A stretch of DNA of 32,000 nt from Tannockella kyphosi (GTDB lineage: Bacteria > Bacillota_I > Bacilli_A > Erysipelotrichales > Coprobacillaceae): the NCBI RefSeq assembly GCF_021054785.1, contig NZ_CP088239.1, forward strand, positions 540,001 through 572,000, given 5' to 3'. Shown one piece after another: positions 1 to 7,882 of the stretch (the stretch's first letter is position 1; the number at the start of each line of letters is the position of its first letter). The position numbers and the translations under genes were made by a program. The notes under the pieces are model-generated. The model was not told the origin of the DNA. It searched no databases and worked only from the letters and a program-made list of their open reading frames with translations.

Positions 1-43
1 TGGTACCGCGATAACTCGTCCTTATGATTAGGATGAGTTTTTT
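1..43 (+). promoter_or_regulatory. 3' end of a T-box riboswitch leader (T-box motif plus intrinsic terminator); the 5' part, including the specifier loop, lies outside the window
   Basis: The window opens with TGGTACCGCG, the 3' half of the conserved T-box sequence (..GGGTGGTACCGCG). It is followed by a hairpin AACTCGTCCT (13-22) / AGGATGAGTT (30-39, one G-U pair) running into a T-run (38-43), about 20 nt upstream of the SD of the next gene. Confidence 0.75.
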
Positions 44-65
44 ATATTTTAAGGGGGAAAGAAAA

Positions 66-1079
66 ATGATTATCGTAATGAAAAAAGAAGCAACAGAATT
101 AGAAATCAAACAAATGGAACAAACAATTATAGACTTAGGTTGTAATGCTCATATTTCTAAAGGAGAAATTGTAACAATTATTGGAGTTGTTGGTGATACA
201 ACAAAAGTAGATCCAAAACAAGTAGAAGTATTGCATTCAGTAGATAAGGTAATGCATGTTAGTGAACCTTATAAACTAGCAAATAGAGCAATGCACCCAG
301 AGAATTCTATTATTGATGTAGCTGGTGTTAAAGTGGGAGGAGAGAACTTAGCTTTAATTGCAGGACCATGTTCAGTAGAGAGTGTAGAACAAGTGGTAGA
401 AATAGCAAAAGCAGCAAAAGCTGCTGGAGCAAATATGTTACGTGGTGGAGCATTCAAACCAAGAACATCACCTTATGCATTCCAAGGGATGGGAAGTAAT
501 GGATTGGATATTTTAGTAGAAGCAAAGAAAATCACAGGATTACCAATTGTATCAGAATTAATGGATGCCAGTTATATTGAAGAATTTGAAGAAAAAGTAG
601 ACTTAATTCAAATTGGAGCAAGAAACATGCAAAACTTTGATTTATTAAAAAAATTAGGAAAAGTAAAAAAACCAATTTTATTAAAGAGAGGATTATGTGC
701 AACATTTGAAGAATGGATTATGTCAGCAGAATATATTATGGCTCATGGGAATCCAAATGTTATCTTATGTGAAAGAGGGATTCGTACATTTGAAAGCTAT
801 ACAAGAAACACATTAGATTTACAAGCAATCCCAGTAGTACAAAAACTAACACATTTACCAATTATTATTGATCCAAGTCATGCTGGAGGAAAATGGTGGT
901 TAGTAGAACCAATGGCAAAAGCAGCAGTAGCAGCAGGGTGTGACGGATTAATGGTAGAAGTGCATAATAATCCAGAATGTGCAATGTGTGATGGACCACA
1001 ATCATTAAAACCAGAAAAGTATGCAAAATTAATAAAAGAAGTTGGAGCAATTGCAAAGGTTGTAGGAAAACAAATCTAA
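66..1079 (+). CDS. aroF: 3-deoxy-7-phosphoheptulonate (DAHP) synthase, type I-beta, with an N-terminal ferredoxin-like/ACT-like regulatory domain
   Basis: Core motifs GPCSVES, LRGGAFKPRTSPYAFQG and IIDPSH are present. About 70 aa of N-terminal extension resembles the Thermotoga-type regulatory domain. I place the start at ATG 66, after the SD AAGGGGGAAAG. The ORF-track ATG at 24 lies inside the upstream terminator hairpin. Confidence 0.9.
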   Translation: MIIVMKKEATELEIKQMEQTIIDLGCNAHISKGEIVTIIGVVGDTTKVDPKQVEVLHSVDKVMHVSEPYKLANRAMHPENSIIDVAGVKVGGENLALIAGPCSVESVEQVVEIAKAAKAAGANMLRGGAFKPRTSPYAFQGMGSNGLDILVEAKKITGLPIVSELMDASYIEEFEEKVDLIQIGARNMQNFDLLKKLGKVKKPILLKRGLCATFEEWIMSAEYIMAHGNPNVILCERGIRTFESYTRNTLDLQAIPVVQKLTHLPIIIDPSHAGGKWWLVEPMAKAAVAAGCDGLMVEVHNNPECAMCDGPQSLKPEKYAKLIKEVGAIAKVVGKQI

Positions 1080-1096
1080 TCTTTTTACAAAAGTCC

Positions 1097-1125
1097 TTGC
1101 TTTTATCTTTAACTTTCTTTATAAT
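1097..1125 (+). promoter_or_regulatory. Sigma-A type promoter for rpsU
   Basis: TTGCTT (1097-1102), 17-nt spacer, TATAAT (1120-1125), about 40 nt upstream of rpsU. Confidence 0.6.
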
Positions 1126-1165
1126 AGCAATTGTATGTTAGAACGAAAAGGGGGGAAAAATGAAT

Positions 1166-1348
1166 ATGGCAAAAACTGTAGTTAGAGATAACGAGTCTTT
1201 AGATGACGCATTACGTAGATTTAAAAGACAAGTATCAAGAACAGGTACCCTTCAAGAAGCTCGTAAAAGAGAATTCTATGTTAAACCAGGTTTAAAAAGA
1301 AAATTAAAATCTGAAGCTGCAAGAAAAAACAATAAAAGCAAAAGATAA
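1166..1348 (+). CDS. rpsU: 30S ribosomal protein S21
   Basis: [42 protein letters not shown]... is nearly colinear with the Bacillus S21 as I remember it. Start 1166 (MAK) is preferred over 1160 because homologues begin that way. Confidence 0.93.
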   Translation: MAKTVVRDNESLDDALRRFKRQVSRTGTLQEARKREFYVKPGLKRKLKSEAARKNNKSKR

Positions 1349-1356
1349 TAAAACTT

Positions 1357-1387
1357 GAATGATAGATATCTATCATTCTTTTTTTTT
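1357..1387 (+). terminator. Rho-independent terminator after rpsU
   Basis: Perfect palindrome GAATGATAGAT/ATCTATCATTC (1357-1378) followed by nine T. Confidence 0.85.
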
Positions 1388-1416
1388 ATTTACATATACA
1401 TAGAATGGTGATGAAT

Positions 1417-1608
1417 ATGTTAATAATACAAGAAAATCAAGTAGTAATTAAACATTATAAAAAGCTACTTATCCTAAATGAATATCAAATAGATATAGAA
1501 TTAAACCAATCCATTGTACATATTTACGGTACCAACTTAGAAATTAATTATTATTCTTTTGATGAATTGATTATTGTTGGAAAAATAAGGACGGTAAGTT
1601 TTTTATGA
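1417..1608 (+). CDS. yqfC: YabP/YqfC-family sporulation protein
   Basis: Small protein whose C-terminal part (HIYGTNLEINYYSFDELIIVGKIRTV) follows the YqfC pattern. It sits directly upstream of yqfD and phoH, as in B. subtilis. The start is ambiguous (1405, 1411 or 1417); 1417 has the best spacing to GGTGA. Its stop overlaps the yqfD start (ATGA). Confidence 0.65.
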   Translation: MLIIQENQVVIKHYKKLLILNEYQIDIELNQSIVHIYGTNLEINYYSFDELIIVGKIRTVSFL

Positions 1609-2534
1609 TGGGATATGATTATTATGAAGCAAACATAAGCTCCATTATTGATTTTTTAGATTTTTGTAAGAAGAAAAAAATAATAATTCATAATCTTCAA
1701 AAAAACAAAAGAGGTCAATATCTGTTTTATGCATCTATTATTCATCGAATAACTTTTAGAAAAATAGCATTGCAACCTATTTATAGTGTTGGAATAATAC
1801 ATTATTGTATGTTACTTCTTTTTAGTTGGAAAAATTTAATAGGCATCTTTTGTTTTTGTTTTTCCTTTTATCTAAGCACGCATTATATTTTTAAAATCAA
1901 CATTATTGGGACTAATCTTGAAACAAACAGTCTAATTTCCGATACATTTGAACAAATGGGAATTGAAATAGGAAATACTATTCCTACAAATCAAGAATTA
2001 GTAAACCTATATGATACATTAAAACTACAGATGCAAGAAGAAATTGATTACTTAAATATCTATCTTCAGGGAAGTGTTTTTAATCTTGAATATACGGATG
2101 CTAGAGGAACGACGAAAACAGAATTAAGTTTTGAAAATATCGTAGCTATAAAAGACGGTGTTATTCAAAGAATTGAAGTAGAAGATGGGAATGTTTTAGT
2201 AGAAGTGAATGATTATGTAAAGATTGGAGATTTATTAGTATCGAATACGATTGTATCTTCTAGTGATGAGGTGAAACTGATTCCGGTAGAGGGACAAGTG
2301 TATGCTTATACTTACTATACGGTTAATGTATCGATGCAATCGACGAATGATGAGGCGGAAGATTTTGCATATTTGTTGTTAAAAGCCAGAGGTTCATTGA
2401 CAACAATTGATAAAATTGACAAGGAAATTATTTTAAAATATGATATAATAGATGGTAATAGAATATTAGAAATTCAATATACATGTATTGAAAATATTGG
2501 GACAAGAGGAGAAGTGAATGAAGAAGGTAATTAA
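1605..2534 (+). CDS. yqfD: Sporulation protein YqfD (stage IV-type membrane protein)
   Basis: One central TM region is followed by IFKINIIGTNLETN...QMGIEIG and VAIKDGVIQRIEVEDGNVLVEVNDYVKIGDLLVS. These align by eye with B. subtilis YqfD (VWKIDVTGAKPETE..., VAKKKATITRMFVQKGQP...VEKGQLLVSG). The yqfC-yqfD-phoH synteny supports the call. Confidence 0.8.
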   Translation: MMGYDYYEANISSIIDFLDFCKKKKIIIHNLQKNKRGQYLFYASIIHRITFRKIALQPIYSVGIIHYCMLLLFSWKNLIGIFCFCFSFYLSTHYIFKINIIGTNLETNSLISDTFEQMGIEIGNTIPTNQELVNLYDTLKLQMQEEIDYLNIYLQGSVFNLEYTDARGTTKTELSFENIVAIKDGVIQRIEVEDGNVLVEVNDYVKIGDLLVSNTIVSSSDEVKLIPVEGQVYAYTYYTVNVSMQSTNDEAEDFAYLLLKARGSLTTIDKIDKEIILKYDIIDGNRILEIQYTCIENIGTRGEVNEEGN

Positions 2535-3495
2535 GTTAGAAGGACATACAATGGAACATATTGCCCTGATTTGTGGGGTTCAAGATGTGAATATTAAACT
2601 ATTAGAAGAATCTATGGATTGTCTTATTACTTTTCGAGGGGATGAATTGTTTGTAGAATATAAAGAAGAGAAGTGTTTTGAACAAGTCGATAGAATTGTT
2701 CAAGCATTGTTGAATTTGGTAACAAAGGGAATTAAAATAACAAAAAGAGATGTTGTTTATGCGATTAAATTAAATGGTGAGAATGAATTAGATCAATTGG
2801 ATGATTTATATTCTATTCGTATTGCAAAAACAATAAATGGAAAAATTATTTATCCAAAAACACTAGGTCAAAAAATTTATTATCATGCATTAAAAAATAA
2901 AGATGTTGTTTTTGGGATTGGACCAGCAGGGACAGGAAAGACTTATTTGGGAGTTGTTTTTGCAGTAGATGCACTTAAAAACAATCGTGTTAAAAAGATA
3001 GTATTAACAAGGCCAGCAGTGGAGGCGGGTGAAAACCTAGGTTTTTTACCTGGGGACTTGAAAGAAAAAGTGGATCCATATTTAAGGCCATTATATGATG
3101 CATTACATGATATGTTAGGTGTGGAACAAACAGAAAGACTAATTGAAAAGGGAGTTATTGAAATTGCTCCTTTGGCTTATATGCGTGGACGAACATTAGA
3201 AGATGCTTATGTTATTTTAGATGAGGCACAAAACACGACAGAAAACCAAATGAAAATGTTTTTGACACGTTTGGGTTTTAATTCCAAAATGATTATTACA
3301 GGAGATGTAACTCAAATTGATTTACCTAGGGGAGTACCTTCAGGATTGATAAAAGCTATGAATATTTTACAAGGTGTAAAAGGTATTCAATTTATTCAAC
3401 TATCAGCAATGGATGTTGTAAGACATCCAGTAGTCCAAAGTATTATAGAAAGATATGAAAAAGAAAATGACAAAGATATTAATAATAGAAGATGA
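2518..3495 (+). CDS. phoH: PhoH-family ATPase (PhoH/YbeZ)
   Basis: Walker A GPAGTGKTY, LTRPAVEAGENLGFLPG, ILDEAQN and ITGDVTQIDLP are present. A good SD (AGGAG) lies 6 nt before ATG 2518, and the gene overlaps the yqfD stop. Confidence 0.92.
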   Translation: MKKVIKLEGHTMEHIALICGVQDVNIKLLEESMDCLITFRGDELFVEYKEEKCFEQVDRIVQALLNLVTKGIKITKRDVVYAIKLNGENELDQLDDLYSIRIAKTINGKIIYPKTLGQKIYYHALKNKDVVFGIGPAGTGKTYLGVVFAVDALKNNRVKKIVLTRPAVEAGENLGFLPGDLKEKVDPYLRPLYDALHDMLGVEQTERLIEKGVIEIAPLAYMRGRTLEDAYVILDEAQNTTENQMKMFLTRLGFNSKMIITGDVTQIDLPRGVPSGLIKAMNILQGVKGIQFIQLSAMDVVRHPVVQSIIERYEKENDKDINNRR

Positions 3496-4138
3496 TTTAT
3501 CCATTAATAAAATATTACAATTTGAACTAACACAAAAAGACTATGATGTAGAAGCATTGTATGATGGTGAATTTGCAGTAGAACAAATTATTAAAAATCA
3601 ATATGATTTAGTTCTTGTAGACTGGATGTTGCCGAAACTGTCTGGTATAGAAATCATTGAACAATCAAGAAATAAGGGTTATTTAAAACCAATGATACTA
3701 TTAACAGCAAGAAGTGAAGAAAATGATATTATAAAAGGATTAGAGGCAGGTGCAGATGATTACTTAACGAAGCCTTTTCATGCTAGTATTTTAATGGCAA
3801 GAATAGATGCGCATATACGTCGTTACTATCAACATTCCTATGATACTTTATCGTATAGTGATATTAAAATGGATATTTCTAGTCACGATGTTTATTGTAA
3901 AAATGAAAAAATCATTCTTACAAAGGTGGAATATGATTTGTTGATGATGTTTTTGAAAAAACCAGAAAAAGTATTATCAAGACAAGATTTATTGATGGAT
4001 ATATGGAAATTTGATTATGATGGAGACACACGATTAGTAGATATACATATTTTTAAATTAAAGAGCAAATTAAAAAATAGCAATGTTCGCTTTCAATCTG
4101 TTCGAGGTGTCGGTTATAAATTGGTAGAGGAAGAATAG
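3467..4138 (+). CDS. OmpR/PhoB-family response regulator
   Basis: Receiver domain (ILIIEDD, phospho-acceptor in LVLVDWMLPKLSG, LTAR, GADDYLTKPF) plus a winged-helix C-terminus (LTKVEYDLL...VRGVGYKL). The start is ATG 3467 or 3455; either overlaps the 3' end of phoH by 29-41 nt. Confidence 0.9.
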   Translation: MTKILIIEDDLSINKILQFELTQKDYDVEALYDGEFAVEQIIKNQYDLVLVDWMLPKLSGIEIIEQSRNKGYLKPMILLTARSEENDIIKGLEAGADDYLTKPFHASILMARIDAHIRRYYQHSYDTLSYSDIKMDISSHDVYCKNEKIILTKVEYDLLMMFLKKPEKVLSRQDLLMDIWKFDYDGDTRLVDIHIFKLKSKLKNSNVRFQSVRGVGYKLVEEE

Positions 4139-4139
4139 G

Positions 4140-5345
4140 ATGATTACACGAATTATAGGATTAGGAATAGTTGTTTTATTAGCGTTAATGTATGATGCCA
4201 GTTTAAGTGGGCTTTATTTTATTGTATATATGTGTGCCTTAATATTGATGGAGATGAATCAAAAGGGAAAGTTTGATCAGGAAATGTCAGATTATCGTCG
4301 TAGAAAGAATACGCAAATAAAAGCAGTAGAAAACGAACGTATTTTAAATCAAAAAATATTAAAAACACTAATTAAAACGATGTCTTCACCAATGTTATAT
4401 ATTGATAGAAATGGTATTATTTGTTTTACTAATAATAGTTTTAAAGATAATTTTGGACTTTCTGATATACAAGGAAAGTATTATAAAGATGTGTTAGGAC
4501 AAGGGTTATTACAAATTGTTCAAGAATGTTATCTTTTTGAAAAAAAATATAATGAAACAAGAAAATTAGGAGAACGTTATTATCAGGTAGATAGTAATCC
4601 ATTAATTAAAAATCAATTGTTTTATGGAACTATTTTGTTATTTGTAGATGTTTCTAAAGTAAAAGAAATTGAAAAATTCCAAAAGCAGTTTTTATCAGAT
4701 GTCTCACATGAATTAAAGACGCCAATGTCTGCAATTATTGGTAGTGTAGAAATATTGAATCGTCGTAGTGGAGATATGGATGAAATAACAAAGGAATTTA
4801 TGGAAATATTATTAAAAGAAAGTGAACGTATGCAAAATCTTATTGATGATATTTTAGTGTTATCAAAGTTAGAAAGACCGAAACAAGAATTAAATCATGT
4901 TTTTGTAGATGTTAATAAACTAATTGAAAATACAATTCAATTATTTCAAGAACTAGCAAATGAAAAAGGTATTGAAATTCAGTTTATTACTATGTTAGAA
5001 GATGGTTTAGTATTGGATTATAAGTCTTTGAAAACAATTATTACAAACCTTATTTCTAATGCAATAAAATATTCTGATGGTGGAATAATTCGTATTAGCG
5101 TACTTTACAAAGAGGGAACGATGATACTAATTGTCAAAGATCACGGAAAAGGGATTGCAGCGAAAAATATCCCACTTATATTCGATCGTTTTTTCCAAGA
5201 AGATCGTTCAAGAGGAATTGATATGGGTACAGGATTAGGGTTAAGTATTGTAAAAAAAGTGATTGAGAACAATAATGGGTCTATTGAAGTAGTTAGTGAA
5301 TTAAACAAAGGAAGTGAGTTTACGGTACATATACCAGTTTCTTAA
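4140..5345 (+). CDS. Sensor histidine kinase (two N-terminal TM helices with a minimal loop, PAS-like domain, HisKA, HATPase_c)
   Basis: H-box FLSDVSHELKTPMSAI, N-box LISNAIKYS and G-boxes DHGKGI / GTGLGLSIV are present. The N-terminus has two hydrophobic helices separated by only about 7 residues. The gene starts 1 nt after the response-regulator stop. Confidence 0.9.
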   Translation: MITRIIGLGIVVLLALMYDASLSGLYFIVYMCALILMEMNQKGKFDQEMSDYRRRKNTQIKAVENERILNQKILKTLIKTMSSPMLYIDRNGIICFTNNSFKDNFGLSDIQGKYYKDVLGQGLLQIVQECYLFEKKYNETRKLGERYYQVDSNPLIKNQLFYGTILLFVDVSKVKEIEKFQKQFLSDVSHELKTPMSAIIGSVEILNRRSGDMDEITKEFMEILLKESERMQNLIDDILVLSKLERPKQELNHVFVDVNKLIENTIQLFQELANEKGIEIQFITMLEDGLVLDYKSLKTIITNLISNAIKYSDGGIIRISVLYKEGTMILIVKDHGKGIAAKNIPLIFDRFFQEDRSRGIDMGTGLGLSIVKKVIENNNGSIEVVSELNKGSEFTVHIPVS

Positions 5346-5421
5346 CAAAATTTCACATATTATAGAAGAAATTTATCTAAAATTGATGGGTAAAATACTC
5401 TTATAAATAGGAGGTAGTATT

Positions 5422-6687
5422 ATGGATGAATATAACAAAGATTATGACAATGAGTTAGAAGATATAGAAGAACCAAAAGAAGAAGTGATAGAAGGAGAAA
5501 TAGTGGAAGTGGAGGATGTGAAAGAGCCTCAAGAACCTCATCACCATGGACCAGATGGACATAGACCACCGCCACATCATAAAGGTCCTAAGCATCCTCG
5601 TTTTATGCGCTTTTTCCCAATGATCATTATCATTATGGTTGTGATATCATTAGGGACGAATGTTTACTTATATACTTTAATTACACAAATAACGGCTGAT
5701 AGTGATCTTGATTCTTCACTTGATACGGAAGTAGTTAGTTTAAGTATAGAAGATGACTATACCGAAATGATAGCCGAAGTTAGTAATGCGGTTGTTGGAG
5801 TTGCAGTCTATAGCGATGGTCAAATGACAGGTAGTGGTAGTGGTGTTGTTTATGATACGGATGGTAATGATGTGTATATTATTACCAATCATCATGTAAT
5901 TGAAGGTGCAGAAAGCATTCAAATTGTCTTTGCGGATACTAGTACAGTAGAAGCTACATTAATTGGTAGTGATGAGTATAGCGATATAGCGGTTATGAAG
6001 GTTACTGTTGATTTTGAAGTTTCGGTTATTGAAATAGGAGATAGTGATACTATTAATACTGGTGAAACTGTTTTTGCAATCGGTAGTCCTTTAGGAATTG
6101 AATATGCTGGTACGGTAACAAAAGGAATTATTAGTGCTACTGATCGTACTGTTTCTGTTGATTTAACAGATGATGGAGTAGATGATTGGGATATGAATGT
6201 TATTCAAACAGATGCTGCAATCAATCCTGGAAATAGTGGGGGAGCTTTTGTAAATGCTGCAGGACAACTTATTGGTATTACTTCCATGAAATTTAGTGAT
6301 ACTAGTGTTGAAGGAATGGGATTTTGTTTACCAATTAATGATGTAATGGAAGTAGTTGCTGAATTGTTAGAAAATGGAGAAGTAATTAGACCTGTTCTAG
6401 GAATTAGTGGAGTTTCATTGGATGGATTTACTGGTTATGAATTAAGCTATTATCGTATTGATACTGATTTAAGCCAAGGTATTTATGTGGTTAGTGTAAT
6501 TGAGGATGGTGCTGCTAAGAATACAGGTATGGAAGCGGGTGACATTATTGTTGAATTTGACGGAGTTCAAATAACGACATATAAGAGCTTTATTACAGCC
6601 CTATATAATAGAAGCCCTGGAGATACTGTTGAAGTAGTGATTAACAGAGATGGACAAGAATATGAGTTATCTATAACATTAGAGTAG
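5422..6687 (+). CDS. htrA: HtrA/DegP-family membrane-anchored serine protease with a PDZ domain
   Basis: Catalytic triad contexts TNHHVIEG, SDIAVMKV and GNSGGA, with a C-terminal PDZ-like segment (GIYVVSV...GDIIVEFDG). A single TM helix (FFPMIIIIMVVISLG...) follows an acidic and then His/Pro-rich N-terminal tail. Confidence 0.9.
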   Translation: MDEYNKDYDNELEDIEEPKEEVIEGEIVEVEDVKEPQEPHHHGPDGHRPPPHHKGPKHPRFMRFFPMIIIIMVVISLGTNVYLYTLITQITADSDLDSSLDTEVVSLSIEDDYTEMIAEVSNAVVGVAVYSDGQMTGSGSGVVYDTDGNDVYIITNHHVIEGAESIQIVFADTSTVEATLIGSDEYSDIAVMKVTVDFEVSVIEIGDSDTINTGETVFAIGSPLGIEYAGTVTKGIISATDRTVSVDLTDDGVDDWDMNVIQTDAAINPGNSGGAFVNAAGQLIGITSMKFSDTSVEGMGFCLPINDVMEVVAELLENGEVIRPVLGISGVSLDGFTGYELSYYRIDTDLSQGIYVVSVIEDGAAKNTGMEAGDIIVEFDGVQITTYKSFITALYNRSPGDTVEVVINRDGQEYELSITLE

Positions 6688-6712
6688 TTGTCACTGGACA
6701 ACTACTCTTTTT
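6682..6712 (+). terminator. Rho-independent terminator after htrA
   Basis: GAGTAGTTGTC (6682-6692) / loop ACTG / GACAACTACTC (6697-6707), then TTTTT. The stem includes the stop codon. Confidence 0.85.
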
Positions 6713-6739
6713 CTGTGTTATACTTTTTTTGAAAAGAAT

Positions 6740-6845
6740 ATCTTCAGGGCAGGGTGCAATTCCCGACCGGCGGTAAAAGTCCGCGAGCGTAAGCTGAATA
6801 GGTGTGATTCCTATACCGACAGTACAGTCTGGATGAAAGAAGAAC
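6740..6845 (+). promoter_or_regulatory. FMN riboswitch (RFN element) controlling ribU
   Basis: TCTTCAGGGCAGGGTGCAATTCCCGACCGGCGGTAAAAGTCCGCGAGC...GGTGTGATTCC...CCGACAGTACAGTCTGGATGAAAGAAGA matches the conserved RFN core. It is followed by a weak hairpin TCATGAA (6860-6866) / TTCATGA (6876-6882) plus a T-run, a possible expression platform, before the SD AAGGAGG. Confidence 0.93.
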
Positions 6846-6907
6846 AGTATGTTTTTTAGTCATGAAGGTTATTTTTTCATGATCTTTTTTATTATAAGGA
6901 GGAAACT

Positions 6908-7552
6908 ATGAAAAATAACAAAACAAGAGAGATCGTTTTAGCAGCTTTACTAACTGCAATGGCATTGGTGTTAGGGGTGATTGAAATTCCTTATCCTTTT
7001 GCTCCGTGGTTACAATTTGATTTATCAGAAGTCATTATTTTAATGGCTATATCATTATTATCATTACGATATACGATATTTATTATTTTCGCTAAGTTCA
7101 TGGTATCTATTTTTATTAAAGGACCGGTAGGACCACTAGCAATTGGGCAAATTAGTGCACTCATTGCATCATTGAGCATTGCGCTTAGTTATTATTGCTT
7201 TATGAAAATAATTCCTTTCCGTAAACAAATTATTAAAAAGGGAATAGCGTTAGTTTGTTCCATGAGTGTATTTGCCTTAGTTATGTTTATCATTAATTAT
7301 TATTTTGTCACACCAACCTATTTAATGAATCAACCAACATGGTATACCCAATTACCATATATTTTAGATATTGATGCATTTAATTCGGTATATGGGACAA
7401 ATATGACAGTACCATCTATTTTATCTGGTTTATCAGCGTACGGGCAAGCAATATTTATTATTTATTTCCCATTTAATTTTCTAAAAGGAATGATTTGTGG
7501 AATTGTTTATATGTTTGTTTCACCAGTTGAAAAATATTGGAAGACAAAATAA
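6908..7552 (+). CDS. ribU: Riboflavin transporter, ECF S-component RibU-type
   Basis: Multi-pass hydrophobic 214-aa protein immediately downstream of an FMN riboswitch. Its N-terminus (TREIVLAALLTAMALVL) is like RibU/YpaA. Confidence 0.8.
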   Translation: MKNNKTREIVLAALLTAMALVLGVIEIPYPFAPWLQFDLSEVIILMAISLLSLRYTIFIIFAKFMVSIFIKGPVGPLAIGQISALIASLSIALSYYCFMKIIPFRKQIIKKGIALVCSMSVFALVMFIINYYFVTPTYLMNQPTWYTQLPYILDIDAFNSVYGTNMTVPSILSGLSAYGQAIFIIYFPFNFLKGMICGIVYMFVSPVEKYWKTK

Positions 7553-7577
7553 AAAAAGCGATATACTCGCTTTTTTT
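7551..7577. terminator. Bidirectional terminator shared by ribU (+) and fer (-)
   Basis: AAAAAAAGCGA-TATAC-TCGCTTTTTTT: a short GC stem flanked by an A-tract and a T-tract, between convergent genes. Confidence 0.7.
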
Positions 7578-7579
7578 AT

Positions 7580-7768
7580 TTATTCTACTGTGATTGCTTC
7601 AACAGGACAACATTCAGCTGCTTCTTTAGCAGCATCTTCATTGTCGCCTAAGTCACCATCAACAATACAAACGGCTAGACCTTCGTCGCCTAAATCAAAA
7701 ACGCTTGGTGCTACGCCAACACATGCTCCACATCCGATGCAAGTTTCGTTTACTAATGCTTTTGCCAT
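7580..7768 (-). CDS. fer: Small 4Fe-4S ferredoxin
   Basis: 62 aa, MAKALVNETCIGCGACVGVAPSVFDL...ECCPVEAITVE, with CxxCxxC...CP cluster ligands. A strong SD (AAGGAGGG) is present on the minus strand. It is the only minus-strand gene in the window. Confidence 0.9.
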   Translation of the reverse strand: MAKALVNETCIGCGACVGVAPSVFDLGDEGLAVCIVDGDLGDNEDAAKEAAECCPVEAITVE

Positions 7769-7853
7769 GAGTTTACCCTCCTTATTAAGATAATAAAAGT
7801 ATAACCCAAATTGTATTTTTTTTCTATAAAAATGTAATTTAAAATTAAAAACG

Positions 7854-7862
7854 TGTTATAAT
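7854..7862 (+). promoter_or_regulatory. Extended -10 promoter element (TGtTATAAT) for the 7883 gene
   Basis: TGTTATAAT lies about 20 nt upstream of the start codon. No good -35 is present. Confidence 0.45.
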
Positions 7863-7882
7863 GAACAAAGGATGGTGATAAA

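Noticed and set aside
24-65. ORF-track start (ATG 24, MIRMSFLYFKGERK...) for the DAHP synthase
   Set aside because: These codons lie inside the T-box terminator hairpin and T-run and have no SD. ATG 66 is preceded by AAGGGGGAAAG and gives a sensible N-terminus.
5348-5376. Direct repeat AAATTTCA / AAATTTAT spaced 21 nt apart upstream of htrA, as a possible response-regulator site
   Set aside because: A 6-7-nt A/T-only match in AT-rich intergenic DNA is well within chance expectation.
5500-5610. His/Pro-rich coding stretch in htrA as a possible nucleotide repeat or insertion
   Set aside because: No nucleotide-level tandem repeat is visible, and the stretch is in frame and continuous with the TM anchor. 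I treat it as a low-complexity protein tail.
7580-7768. Locally higher G+C and opposite orientation of the ferredoxin gene as a sign of horizontal transfer
   Set aside because: The gene is tiny and its Gly/Ala/Cys/Asp/Val-rich composition explains the G+C shift. A ferredoxin near cmk is ancestral Bacillus-type synteny, and no mobility genes or repeats flank it.
7497-7793. 98-aa plus-strand ORF overlapping the ribU 3' end and the whole ferredoxin gene
   Set aside because: It is an antisense shadow of the relatively GC-rich fer gene. It gives a Ser/Ala/Pro-rich nonsense composition, has no SD and runs through the bidirectional terminator.
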